NCBI GenBank assembly: GCA_910589275.1
Contig: CAJUTH010000008.1
Span: 2,549 to 66,548, forward strand
Direction of reading: 5' to 3'
Length of the DNA stretch: 64,000 nt
Origin: an uncultured Dorea sp.
GTDB taxonomy: Bacteria > Bacillota > Clostridia > Lachnospirales > Lachnospiraceae
Part shown: positions 28,193 through 36,569 of the stretch, one piece after another
Layout: each line of letters begins with the position of its first letter
Position numbering within the stretch: position 1 is the first letter of the stretch
The notes under the pieces: model-generated
What the model was told of the DNA's origin: nothing
Seen by the model: only the letters and a program-made list of their open reading frames with translations
Databases searched by the model: none
Made by a program: the position numbers and the translations under genes

Positions 28193-29293
28193 TTACTCTC
28201 TGCATGGTATCGTTATGGTAAATATGGTCCCTTTCCCCAGCCTGCTCTCCACGCCGACGGCGCCTCCGTGAAGCTCTGCGATCCATTTTACGATGGACAG
28301 GCCAAGGCCGGAGCCGTTCCGGTCCCTTGCCTTGTCGGCGCGGTAAAACCGCTCGAAAATATGCGCAAGATCTTCTCGGCCAATTCCAATGCCGTCGTCT
28401 TTTACATAGAGCAGGGTATGCGTTCCCTCCCGGCGGGCGTCCAGCCAGATGCCGCCGTTTTCGTTGCCATACTTGACGGCGTTTTCCATAAGATTCACTA
28501 AGAGCTGGGTGAACAGGCTCTGGTCGGCGTAAATGGAAAGATCTTTGGGGATTTCATTGTGGATGTGCAGGCTTTTCTTTTCGATTTCTGCTGCTAAGGC
28601 TTCGGCGACGGAATCTACCATCTCGCGGGGATAGATTATCTCCGGTTCGATATGGCAGCGTCCTTCATAGCCTCTAGAGAGCATGAGAAGCTGAGAGAGC
28701 ATTTTGCGCATCCGCTGGTTCTCCGTCTGGATGATCCGTAAATTTTCCCGGATAATGGTTTCGTCGTCGGTATACAGAGCGTCTTCCACACAGGCATTGA
28801 TTACCGTCATGGGGGTGCGCAGTTCATGGGAGGCGTCGGAGGTAAACTGTCGTTCCCGCCGGAAGGCAAAGTCCAGTTCGGAGATCATCTGGTTGATGGT
28901 GTCTGCAAGCTCGCCTACTTCGTCATGGGAAAATACGCCGTCGATCCGGCCGGACAGGTCGCCGTCCTTGATGGATTTTGCGGCCATAGTGATCTGATGA
29001 ACCGGCCGCAGGGTGCGTTTTGCAAGGATATAGGAGCTGATGGCGGCCAAAATCAGATAGCCGGGGATCAGGAAAGCAAGAAGCCACACGATGCTTTCCG
29101 GGGTAAGTCTGGAGGTGACGGTTGAAATGGAATTCTGGATGTCTTCAGATACCTTTTCCTGAAAAGATATTTTTACCATAAAATAAAGGGCTGGAATCAG
29201 CAGAGCCAGATGCGCTGCCGACAGCCCGATATAGAGCAGTATAATCTTGGTACTGATATTGAGTTGTTTAATTCTGCTGTTTTTCTGACTCAT
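28193..29293 (-). CDS. Sensor histidine kinase (HAMP-HisKA-HATPase), very short extracytoplasmic loop
   Basis: FTSDASHELRTP H-box, NLMENAVKY, DDGIG and GSGLGLS. Confidence 0.93.
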   Translation of the reverse strand: MSQKNSRIKQLNISTKIILLYIGLSAAHLALLIPALYFMVKISFQEKVSEDIQNSISTVTSRLTPESIVWLLAFLIPGYLILAAISSYILAKRTLRPVHQITMAAKSIKDGDLSGRIDGVFSHDEVGELADTINQMISELDFAFRRERQFTSDASHELRTPMTVINACVEDALYTDDETIIRENLRIIQTENQRMRKMLSQLLMLSRGYEGRCHIEPEIIYPREMVDSVAEALAAEIEKKSLHIHNEIPKDLSIYADQSLFTQLLVNLMENAVKYGNENGGIWLDARREGTHTLLYVKDDGIGIGREDLAHIFERFYRADKARDRNGSGLGLSIVKWIAELHGGAVGVESRLGKGTIFTITIPCRE

Positions 29294-29957
29294 CTTTTAT
29301 CACATAGCCGTATCCGCGGACCGTATGGATTAGCGGATTGGCAGATTCCTTATCAATTTTGTTCCGCAGATAGCGGATATACACGTCTACGATGTTGGAG
29401 TCGTAGTCGAAATTATAGTTCCATACATGGTCGGCGATCTGGCTTCTGGTGAGGGCCTGTCCCTGATTTCGAAGCATGTACTCTAACAGGGAGTATTCCT
29501 TGGAGGTCAGGGTGATCTCCTTGCCCCCTCTTAAGACTCTGTGGGCAGGCAGGTCCATGGTAAGATCCGCCAGTTCCAGTACATTCTGGCGCTTTTTGCT
29601 GTTCCTTCTGAGCAGCGCCCTAAGCCTTGCGGACAGCTCGTCATAGGCAAAGGGTTTGGTGAGATAGTCGTCCGCTCCCGCGTCAAGTCCCTGCACCCGG
29701 TCGGTGACGGAATCTCTGGCGGTGAGCATCAGCACAGGGGTGTGGTGGCCGCCCCGCCGAAATTCTTTTAGAATGGTGACGCCGTCCTTCTCCGGCAGCA
29801 TCCAGTCTAAAATGATACAGTCATAAACGTCGGTTTTCATGTATTCTAATCCTTCCCGGCCGTCGAAGCAGCCGTCTGCGGCGTAGCCTTCTTCTGTAAG
29901 CCTCCGTCTAAGGATCCGGTGAAGGGATTCATCATCTTCGATGATTAGTATTCTCAT
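29268..29957 (-). CDS. OmpR/PhoB-family response regulator
   Basis: MRILIIEDD, ILDWMLP, GADDYLTKPF and IHTVRGYGY; start at ATG 29957 behind AGGAGG. Confidence 0.94.
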   Translation of the reverse strand: MRILIIEDDESLHRILRRRLTEEGYAADGCFDGREGLEYMKTDVYDCIILDWMLPEKDGVTILKEFRRGGHHTPVLMLTARDSVTDRVQGLDAGADDYLTKPFAYDELSARLRALLRRNSKKRQNVLELADLTMDLPAHRVLRGGKEITLTSKEYSLLEYMLRNQGQALTRSQIADHVWNYNFDYDSNIVDVYIRYLRNKIDKESANPLIHTVRGYGYVIKDESEKQQN

Positions 29958-30601
29958 GACATTGTCCTCCTGTATATGCCGGACCACGCGTTTACAAAAC
30001 GGACTCTGGCAGCAGAAACGGCAGTATCCGCTGGAATCCGGTAAGCAAATTCCCGGCAGGCCCGCAGACACAGGGGCACGATGTAGGACGCGTCCGTCTG
30101 TGCTGTGGGAGTAGTCTGTTCATAGGTTTCGTGCAGGGAACAAAAAGTATACCACAAATCCCTCCCTTTATGCAAATCATTTTCAGGAAGCGGGGCGTCG
30201 CCGCAGTGATATTCAGACAGAAGCCCTGTGAGGGCAGTATGCAGGTCATTGCTCTCGTATTTTGCATGGGCAAGCATACTGTCGGTAAAAGTCTCGTTGT
30301 GGGGATAGGTAAATGCATCCGCCAGATAGTGGGTCAGCACCCCCAGCCGATAAAAATCCCAGAGAGATAAGGTTTCCTTTTCTTCCAGCTTTGCTAAAAG
30401 CCGCTGCAATTTGGGAATAGAATAGGTAGTAAAATGTATTTTCATCGGATGGCCGATAAAAAGGCCCTGAAGGTAGCCGATGGGATTGTGATCTGGGAAA
30501 ACACAGCCGTGGATGAAAAGACGAGTCTGAAGATAGCTGTGGGAGTCAAGAATGGTCCGGGATAAGTATTCTGCAAGATATTTGTGATCGTATGATTTCA
30601 T
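29954..30601 (-). CDS. Zinc-dependent phospholipase C family protein
   Basis: N-terminal His (MKSYDH), GCVFPD, LGVLTHYLADAFTYPHN and HAKYE; AGGAG RBS; overlaps the RR start. Confidence 0.75.
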   Translation of the reverse strand: MKSYDHKYLAEYLSRTILDSHSYLQTRLFIHGCVFPDHNPIGYLQGLFIGHPMKIHFTTYSIPKLQRLLAKLEEKETLSLWDFYRLGVLTHYLADAFTYPHNETFTDSMLAHAKYESNDLHTALTGLLSEYHCGDAPLPENDLHKGRDLWYTFCSLHETYEQTTPTAQTDASYIVPLCLRACREFAYRIPADTAVSAARVRFVNAWSGIYRRTMS

Positions 30602-30683
30602 ATGAAACACTCCTATTATGTTTTTTGTTATTTTCAAATCTTTGAGGCGCTTTCTTCTGCCTATACACATACTGAGGGATGAA

Positions 30684-30725
30684 AATGAAAATAAAATGAT
30701 AGAATTATGAGAAATTTCTCATAAT
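30684..30725. promoter_or_regulatory. Candidate response-regulator binding region
   Basis: WATGA repeats at 30684, 30695 and 30706 (11-bp period), plus perfect 22-bp palindrome ATTATGAGAAATTTCTCATAAT at 30704-30725. Confidence 0.5.
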
Positions 30726-30789
30726 AATAGAAGAACAAGGATGTAGAAGCGTGGTATAGTATTTTCTATAAGAAGACGGAGGGAGAATA

Positions 30790-30880
30790 TTTCACCTGTG
30801 CAGTTCACTGGAGTGTTGCCCAGCTCCCCGCAATAAGGTATGCCGTTTCCGGCAGGCAGCCCCCAACTGTACAGGTGAAA
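30790..30880 (+). ncRNA. Candidate structured non-coding RNA (unassigned)
   Basis: 16-bp closing helix with one G:U, internal helices, an upstream TG-n-TATAGT extended -10 and a downstream T-tract. Confidence 0.55.
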
Positions 30881-30897
30881 AATTTTTTGTAACAAAT

Positions 30898-30924
30898 TGT
30901 AACAAATCCATGCTCCGTTCGTCT
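30898..30924 (+). promoter_or_regulatory. Likely autoregulatory ECF-sigma promoter
   Basis: TGTAAC-N16-CGTCT upstream of the ECF sigma gene; the -35 lies in a tandem TTGTAACAAAT duplication. Confidence 0.6.
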
Positions 30925-31003
30925 TATAGGTAAATAAAGCCTATAGGAGTTGTTTTAGCAATATAAGAACCGGGGCGTGTTCCGGAGGAAAAGAGGTGAT
31001 GAA

Positions 31004-31489
31004 GTGAACATAGATTTTGAGGATATTTATGAACGGTTTTTTAAGGACGTATATCTCTTTGTGCTTGCCATGAGCGGCGATCCGTCCATGGCGGAGGAAA
31101 TCACGCAGGAAACATTTTTCAAAGCGTTGAAGGAGATTGAGCATTTTAAAGGAAACTGTTCGGTTAAATCATGGCTGTGCCAGATTGCAAAGCATCTCTA
31201 TATCGACGATGTACGCCGAAAGAAGCGGTTTGAGTCGGTGAAGAAAGGAGTTGCGGGCATCCAGAAGGAGGAAGGGGACGCCGAGTCGGCGGTCATCCGG
31301 AGGGAAGAAGTGCTCTCGATCTATAAAACGCTTCATTGTCTGGAGGAGCCGTATAAGGAAGTGTTCGGCTTAAGGACACTGGGAGAACTGTCGTACCGGG
31401 AGATTGGAGAGATATTTGAAAAGAGCGAGAGCTGGGCTAGGGTCACATACCACAGGGCCAAGCTTAAAATCAGGGAGAATATGATGTAG
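31004..31489 (+). CDS. ECF RNA polymerase sigma factor
   Basis: AEEITQETFFKA, SVKSWLCQIAKH and ELSYREIGEIF...WARVTYHRA; GTG start after GAGGTG. Confidence 0.92.
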   Translation: MNIDFEDIYERFFKDVYLFVLAMSGDPSMAEEITQETFFKALKEIEHFKGNCSVKSWLCQIAKHLYIDDVRRKKRFESVKKGVAGIQKEEGDAESAVIRREEVLSIYKTLHCLEEPYKEVFGLRTLGELSYREIGEIFEKSESWARVTYHRAKLKIRENMM

Positions 31490-31501
31490 AGGAGGTATAG
31501 T

Positions 31502-32389
31502 ATGAGCAGGATACCATGTAATGTGAATAAAGATCTGCTTCCGCTGTATGTGGATGATGTGTGCAGCGAAGAAAGTAAGGCGATGGTAGAGGAGCATCTT
31601 GCCGGATGCAGGAAATGTCAGGATTATTTTGACGCTTTGCGAGAAGGAACCGCCGAGGAGAAAATGAAAGAAGAAAGGGAAGAATTTTTGTCTGAGGAGA
31701 AAATGAACCGGGAGGCGGTTTCGGTGATCAAATCCATAAAAAGGGAGATTTCTAAGGGCAGGACGAAAAGGACGGCTGTGACTGTGGCGGCAGTTCTGCT
31801 GGTTCTTTTCGTGCTGGAAGGATTGAGCGGCTCCTATATAGGCGGATGGTTAGGGGAGATACCAGTCTTTGATACGCGGCTGAAAACAGAGGATGTGCGC
31901 GTCATAGAAATGTATCTGTTGGAAAACGGGTACCTGTATATCAGCGTGGAACCGGATAAAAAATGCGGGATGTATTATACCTGCAATGTTATAGAGACCT
32001 TTACTGAAGAAGAAGGTTTTACCGGCGAGTACGAGGGTTATTTTGGACTGGAGAATATCCCCCTTGACTGGGATAGTATTCCGATCAGGAAGCTGTCGTG
32101 TATTTTCCCTCTTTCTAGAAGAGTGAAGGAAGATGATTACGGAAATATTAAGGAGCGTGAAGATTCGGTTATTTATCTGATGGGGAAAGGCGGAGAGAGG
32201 ATTCCGGTCTGGGAAAAGGGACAGGAAGTGAAAAAAGCGCCGCCGGAGATTGAAGACAGGGCAAGGAAAGCAATAGAAAAAGAGGACGCGGAGATGGAGG
32301 AAAAACTGCGGAAAGGGGAAGCAGGAGTACTAGACGTGATCAATAATGTATATACGATCGCAGAACTGGAATCTCAGGAAAGTCATTGA
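31502..32389 (+). CDS. Anti-sigma factor with zf-HC2 domain and one TM helix
   Basis: C...DLLPLY...EEHLAGCRKC (HxxxCxxC) followed by a hydrophobic helix. Confidence 0.88.
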   Translation: MSRIPCNVNKDLLPLYVDDVCSEESKAMVEEHLAGCRKCQDYFDALREGTAEEKMKEEREEFLSEEKMNREAVSVIKSIKREISKGRTKRTAVTVAAVLLVLFVLEGLSGSYIGGWLGEIPVFDTRLKTEDVRVIEMYLLENGYLYISVEPDKKCGMYYTCNVIETFTEEEGFTGEYEGYFGLENIPLDWDSIPIRKLSCIFPLSRRVKEDDYGNIKEREDSVIYLMGKGGERIPVWEKGQEVKKAPPEIEDRARKAIEKEDAEMEEKLRKGEAGVLDVINNVYTIAELESQESH

Positions 32390-32536
32390 TTTTATGACGG
32401 ATGCTGGGGAGGCTGGAGTATTTTGCGTTTCCACAGGAGATTTTAAAGGATGCATGTGACGGTGTGGATTTGCAGATGACGGACATGAGGAAGAATTCAA
32501 ATTAAGACTGTTCGGGGAAGTTCCGCAAAAAAGCTG

Positions 32537-32568
32537 GGGGATTGTGATCCATTGGGATCATAATCCCC
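32537..32568. terminator. Hairpin between the convergent anti-sigma and sleC genes
   Basis: GGGGATTGTGATCC-ATTG-GGATCATAATCCCC. Confidence 0.6.
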
Positions 32569-32611
32569 TGTTGAATGAAAGAATGGCCGTGGCGGGCGCT
32601 TCCTTCGCAGT

Positions 32612-33874
32612 TCAGGTCAGTTCTGCGATTCTTGAGACGCCTACGTAGATTTCTGATATTTTGTACCAGGTGGGATAATCTACGATCCCGGTAGCCGGAA
32701 GGCCGAAGACGGACTGGAATTTGGATACGGCCGCGGCGGTGGCGGGTCCGTAGATTCCGTCTGCGGTTAGCTTCGGGATGGCGGGATAAGCGCCGGCGAT
32801 TACGTTGATCTGCTCCTGGAGCTGGCGGACTTTATTGCCGGTGGAACCATTTTCCAGATTGTATCCAGGCCAGGAGGAAGGAATGCCGGATATCGCTTCA
32901 GCGGTGTTGATATACATGTCGTCGCCGTAATAGTAGCGGAGAATGTCAATGGCTGAGTAGCCTTGGTCGCCGAGGGATTTGGATCCCCATTGTGTCATCC
33001 AATTCGGACACTGTACCTGCCGTCCGTCGCAGTACTGGGTCAAAATAGGCTGGCGCACATTTGGCCTGGACAGGTAATCGGCAAATAACTCATCTACAAT
33101 GACAGAGATAGATTGGAAGATATTCCGCTCCGGTATCCACTTGTGGTCAAACGCAGTAGAAGAGGTGATGGTGAAATCATACCCTTGGTTCCGGTACCAT
33201 TCCGTATACACTCTGTTAAGTGTAAAAGACATAATTGCCAGCACATTTGCCCGGATGGTATTGGCCGGCCATGTGGCGTATATTTCACTAGATGCCACAT
33301 TCTTGATATAGTCTTTATATTTCACATAATAATTCTTTGCAGTGCTGTCTCTTGGACTTCCGTCGTGTACTACAATATATTCTGGGACAACCACCCGGCT
33401 TAAGACGATCTCTCCGCTTTCATTTACCGGCTTGATCTCATCTTCGGGTATTTTAGCCGGATATGTGCCGTATAATGTATGAGCGGGTATGACGAATACT
33501 TCTTCCTCGGTTCCGGTGGTATCTAAGGGACTTAACTGCACATTTTGAATGGCTGTTGTATCAGCAAGTATTTCCGTGCCTGCGATGCTGACCGGTTCAA
33601 ACCCCGGAGCCTGTATCTGCAGGGTATATTCGGAGTATGGCTGGATTTCATTTTCCGGATTTAAGCTGTATTCCAGCGGAGGGGCAGCAAGTTCTAGAAG
33701 TTCGGTCTGTCCGGAGGAATCTGTGGTGACTTGTTCTAACGGCTCTCCCGGCACTCCGGTGTAGGATATGCTGATGGAAGCATCCGCAACCGGACGGGAA
33801 GTGATCTGAGAAGTAATATTAATCTGAAGACGTCCGATATCCGGAGTATCAGAAGATGGAATTGGATCGCTCAT
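32612..33874 (-). CDS. sleC: Spore cortex-lytic enzyme SleC-like, C-terminal peptidoglycan-binding domain
   Basis: VVVPEYIVVHDG, YKDYIKNVASSEIYATWP, YCDG...QWGS and DGIYGPATAAAVSKFQ PG-binding repeat. Confidence 0.85.
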   Translation of the reverse strand: MSDPIPSSDTPDIGRLQINITSQITSRPVADASISISYTGVPGEPLEQVTTDSSGQTELLELAAPPLEYSLNPENEIQPYSEYTLQIQAPGFEPVSIAGTEILADTTAIQNVQLSPLDTTGTEEEVFVIPAHTLYGTYPAKIPEDEIKPVNESGEIVLSRVVVPEYIVVHDGSPRDSTAKNYYVKYKDYIKNVASSEIYATWPANTIRANVLAIMSFTLNRVYTEWYRNQGYDFTITSSTAFDHKWIPERNIFQSISVIVDELFADYLSRPNVRQPILTQYCDGRQVQCPNWMTQWGSKSLGDQGYSAIDILRYYYGDDMYINTAEAISGIPSSWPGYNLENGSTGNKVRQLQEQINVIAGAYPAIPKLTADGIYGPATAAAVSKFQSVFGLPATGIVDYPTWYKISEIYVGVSRIAELT

Positions 33875-33980
33875 TGTGTAACCTCACAAATTCTGTTACA
33901 ATTAATATATGAAGAAAAACATGGATTGTGATTGACACAAAAAATACGATATCAGGTTTATGGCGGAATGAGGAGAAGCG

Positions 33981-35219
33981 ATGAAGAAGAAAAAGGGCGG
34001 CTGCTTTAAATTAATATTAAAATTGTTCATTACACTGGCGGTTATTGGGCTGGTGGTTTTAGGACATCCGATCCTTGTAGATTGGATCAATGGCAGGCAG
34101 CTGAAGGAGAAGGAAAAGGAGAGCGTCGAAGCTGTTCAGGAGATTCCCTATCAGGAAGTCTCTGTGGAGGAGCAGAGTCTGGCTGTCCATTATTATTACG
34201 GGCTGTTAAATGAGGAGGAAAAGCTGGTATATCAGGAAATCTATCAGGGAATGCTGAACCGGGAGGATGAGATTTATACCCATGGCAAAGATGCAGAGGC
34301 GGCCAATAAGATTCTGGGGGATGTCTTAAGGGATTACCCAGATTTTTTCTGGTGTGATGGCGGCGTGAGTTCCACTTCTTATATACAGGACATGGGGGAT
34401 TCCGGTGAAGAGACGTACACAGTGGTCAGTCCGGAATACAATTGCACAGCGGAGGAAAAACAAGCGAGGCAGCAGCAGATTGAAGCGGAGGCAGGAGCGG
34501 TGCTTCAGGGGATTTCCATGGAGGCATCGGATTATGAGAAGATTCTGTATGTGTATGAATATATTGTAAATTCCGTGGATTATGACTTAGAAGCGCCGGA
34601 TAATCAGAATATTTACAGTTCGCTCGTGGGAAAACGGTCGGTGTGCGCGGGCTATTCTAAGGAAGCCCAGTATCTGCTGGAGCGGCTGGGGGTTCCTGCG
34701 ATCTATGTAACCGGTACGGCGAACGGCCCGAATGCCCATGCATGGAATCTTGTACAGTGCGGCGGCGAGTATTATCATGTGGATACGACTTGGGGAGATC
34801 CTGTATATCAGACTGCGGAAGGGGAGGAGGCTCCCCGGTGGGAAAATATCAGTTATGATTATATGTGCTGCAATGATGAAGAAATTTACCGCACCCATCA
34901 GGCGGACGAGGAATATCCGCTGCCCGCATGTACCGGCATGACGTGGAATTATTATGTGGTAAATGGAATGTATTATAATAATTATGACAGCAGCGTAGCG
35001 CTGGATGCATTAAATTCGGCGATCTATGAGCAGCGGAACCCGACGATATTCAAATATTTCGATGAGGCTTCCTACCGGCAGGCCAAAGATGATATTTTGA
35101 ATTATCAGATCCACAATGCGGCTCAGACGCTGTGCGATATGTACGAACTAAGCGAAGTCCAGTATTATTACGAAGACAGGCCGGAGCTATGCAAACTGAC
35201 AATTTACTGGAATTATTAG
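33981..35219 (+). CDS. Membrane-anchored transglutaminase-like domain protein
   Basis: N-terminal TM helix; Cys-His-Asp triad motifs VCAGYSK, HAWN and DTTW. Confidence 0.85.
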   Translation: MKKKKGGCFKLILKLFITLAVIGLVVLGHPILVDWINGRQLKEKEKESVEAVQEIPYQEVSVEEQSLAVHYYYGLLNEEEKLVYQEIYQGMLNREDEIYTHGKDAEAANKILGDVLRDYPDFFWCDGGVSSTSYIQDMGDSGEETYTVVSPEYNCTAEEKQARQQQIEAEAGAVLQGISMEASDYEKILYVYEYIVNSVDYDLEAPDNQNIYSSLVGKRSVCAGYSKEAQYLLERLGVPAIYVTGTANGPNAHAWNLVQCGGEYYHVDTTWGDPVYQTAEGEEAPRWENISYDYMCCNDEEIYRTHQADEEYPLPACTGMTWNYYVVNGMYYNNYDSSVALDALNSAIYEQRNPTIFKYFDEASYRQAKDDILNYQIHNAAQTLCDMYELSEVQYYYEDRPELCKLTIYWNY

Positions 35220-35220
35220 C

Positions 35221-35366
35221 AGTAACAGTTCATCCTAGGACTTTGCACTTGCTGCAAAGTCCGTAAGAATGTGTAAATTCAACAGGAAGTGAATCCGGAT
35301 CTTCGCGAAGCGAACTTTAAATGAGCTGGATTCAGTAACAGTTCGGCTGAAAGCTGAACTGTTACT
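35221..35366. repeat. Composite palindromic intergenic element (GTAACAGTTC family)
   Basis: AGTAACAGTTCA half-site, nested hairpins and full palindrome AGTAACAGTTCGGC-TGAAA-GCTGAACTGTTACT (35334-35366). Confidence 0.7.
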
Positions 35367-35483
35367 ATTAGTGTGAATATTCGTTGTGTGAGGGTTGAAA
35401 ATTGCAGGAACTTGTTGTATAATTTCTACAATTTGTGCAGTTATATTCTAATAGGAAAACACAGAAAGGGAACAGGTGAGTGT

Positions 35484-36569
35484 ATGAAAGCATTTCTTAT
35501 CTTAGAAGATGGGACAGTCTTTACCGGAACCAGTATCGGCTCCGCGAGAGATGTGATCAGTGAGATTGTGTTCAATACTTCTATGACAGGATATTTGGAG
35601 GTATTGACAGACCCATCTTATGCCGGACAGGCAGTGGTAATGACCTATCCGTTAATCGGTAATTATGGGATTACACCGGATACGGAATCAAGAAAGGCGT
35701 GGCCGGACGGATATATCGTGAGGGAACTTGCGAGGATGCCGAGTAATTTTCGGTGCGAGGGGACGCTTGGTAAGTTTCTCGAAGAACAGGATATACCGGG
35801 AATTGCGGGGATCGATACCCGGGCGCTTACCAAGATTCTCAGGGAAAAGGGAACGATGAACGGTATGATCACCACGAATGAAGCGTATGACCTTGAAGAG
35901 ATTATTCCGAAGCTTCAGGCGTACAGAATCGGAGATGTGGTTTCCGAAGCTTCCTGCACAGAGAGTTTTGTTCTTCCGGGGGAAGGATGCAGAGTTGCGC
36001 TGATGGATTTCGGTGCGAAGAATAATATAGCCAGATCTTTAAACATTAGGGGCTGTGAAGTGACGGTTTATCCGGCGCACACGGCTGCCGTGGATATCAT
36101 AGCAAGTCATCCGGACGGGATTATGTTGTCAAATGGGCCCGGAGATCCGGAGACCAATGTTTCTATTATTGAAGAAGTCAGGAAATTGTCAGATACGGAT
36201 ATTCCAATCTTTGCAATCTGTCTGGGGCATCAGCTTATGGCGCTCGCCCATGGAGGGAAAACCTACAAATTAAAATACGGGCATCGGGGAGGCAACCATC
36301 CGGTGAAGGATCTTGCAACGGGCAGAGTGTACATTTCTTCCCAGAACCATGGGTATGCGGTGGACGCTTCGACCATAGGGGAGACGGTTGCAAAGGAGGC
36401 CTTTGTCAACGTAAACGACAAAACCAACGAGGGGCTTGCATACATAGGCAAGGATATCTTTACGGTGCAGTTCCATCCGGAGGCGTGTCCGGGACCGCAG
36501 GATTCAGCGTACCTGTTTGACCGGTTTATCCAGATGATGAAGGACAGAAAGGAGAGGAAAGATGCCTAA
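35484..36569 (+). CDS. carA: Carbamoyl-phosphate synthase small subunit
   Basis: FNTSMTGY.EVLTDPSY, SNGPGDP, ICLGHQ and QFHPEA; start at ATG 35484. Confidence 0.97.
   Translation: MKAFLILEDGTVFTGTSIGSARDVISEIVFNTSMTGYLEVLTDPSYAGQAVVMTYPLIGNYGITPDTESRKAWPDGYIVRELARMPSNFRCEGTLGKFLEEQDIPGIAGIDTRALTKILREKGTMNGMITTNEAYDLEEIIPKLQAYRIGDVVSEASCTESFVLPGEGCRVALMDFGAKNNIARSLNIRGCEVTVYPAHTAAVDIIASHPDGIMLSNGPGDPETNVSIIEEVRKLSDTDIPIFAICLGHQLMALAHGGKTYKLKYGHRGGNHPVKDLATGRVYISSQNHGYAVDASTIGETVAKEAFVNVNDKTNEGLAYIGKDIFTVQFHPEACPGPQDSAYLFDRFIQMMKDRKERKDA

Noticed and set aside
30790..30880. SRP RNA, HDV-like ribozyme or ZTP riboswitch
   Set aside because: Lacks the SRP CAGG-stem-GNRA-stem-AGCA layout. The minus-strand GCTGGGCAACA resembles HDV, but the L3 CC and catalytic C are missing. 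There is no ZTP CGCCUGGGC/GACUGGCG pair.
35373..35483. PyrR attenuator or ARG boxes ahead of carAB
   Set aside because: No PyrR-binding AGUCCAGAGAGGCU-type motif is present, and ARG-box-like matches are only weak and off-spacing.
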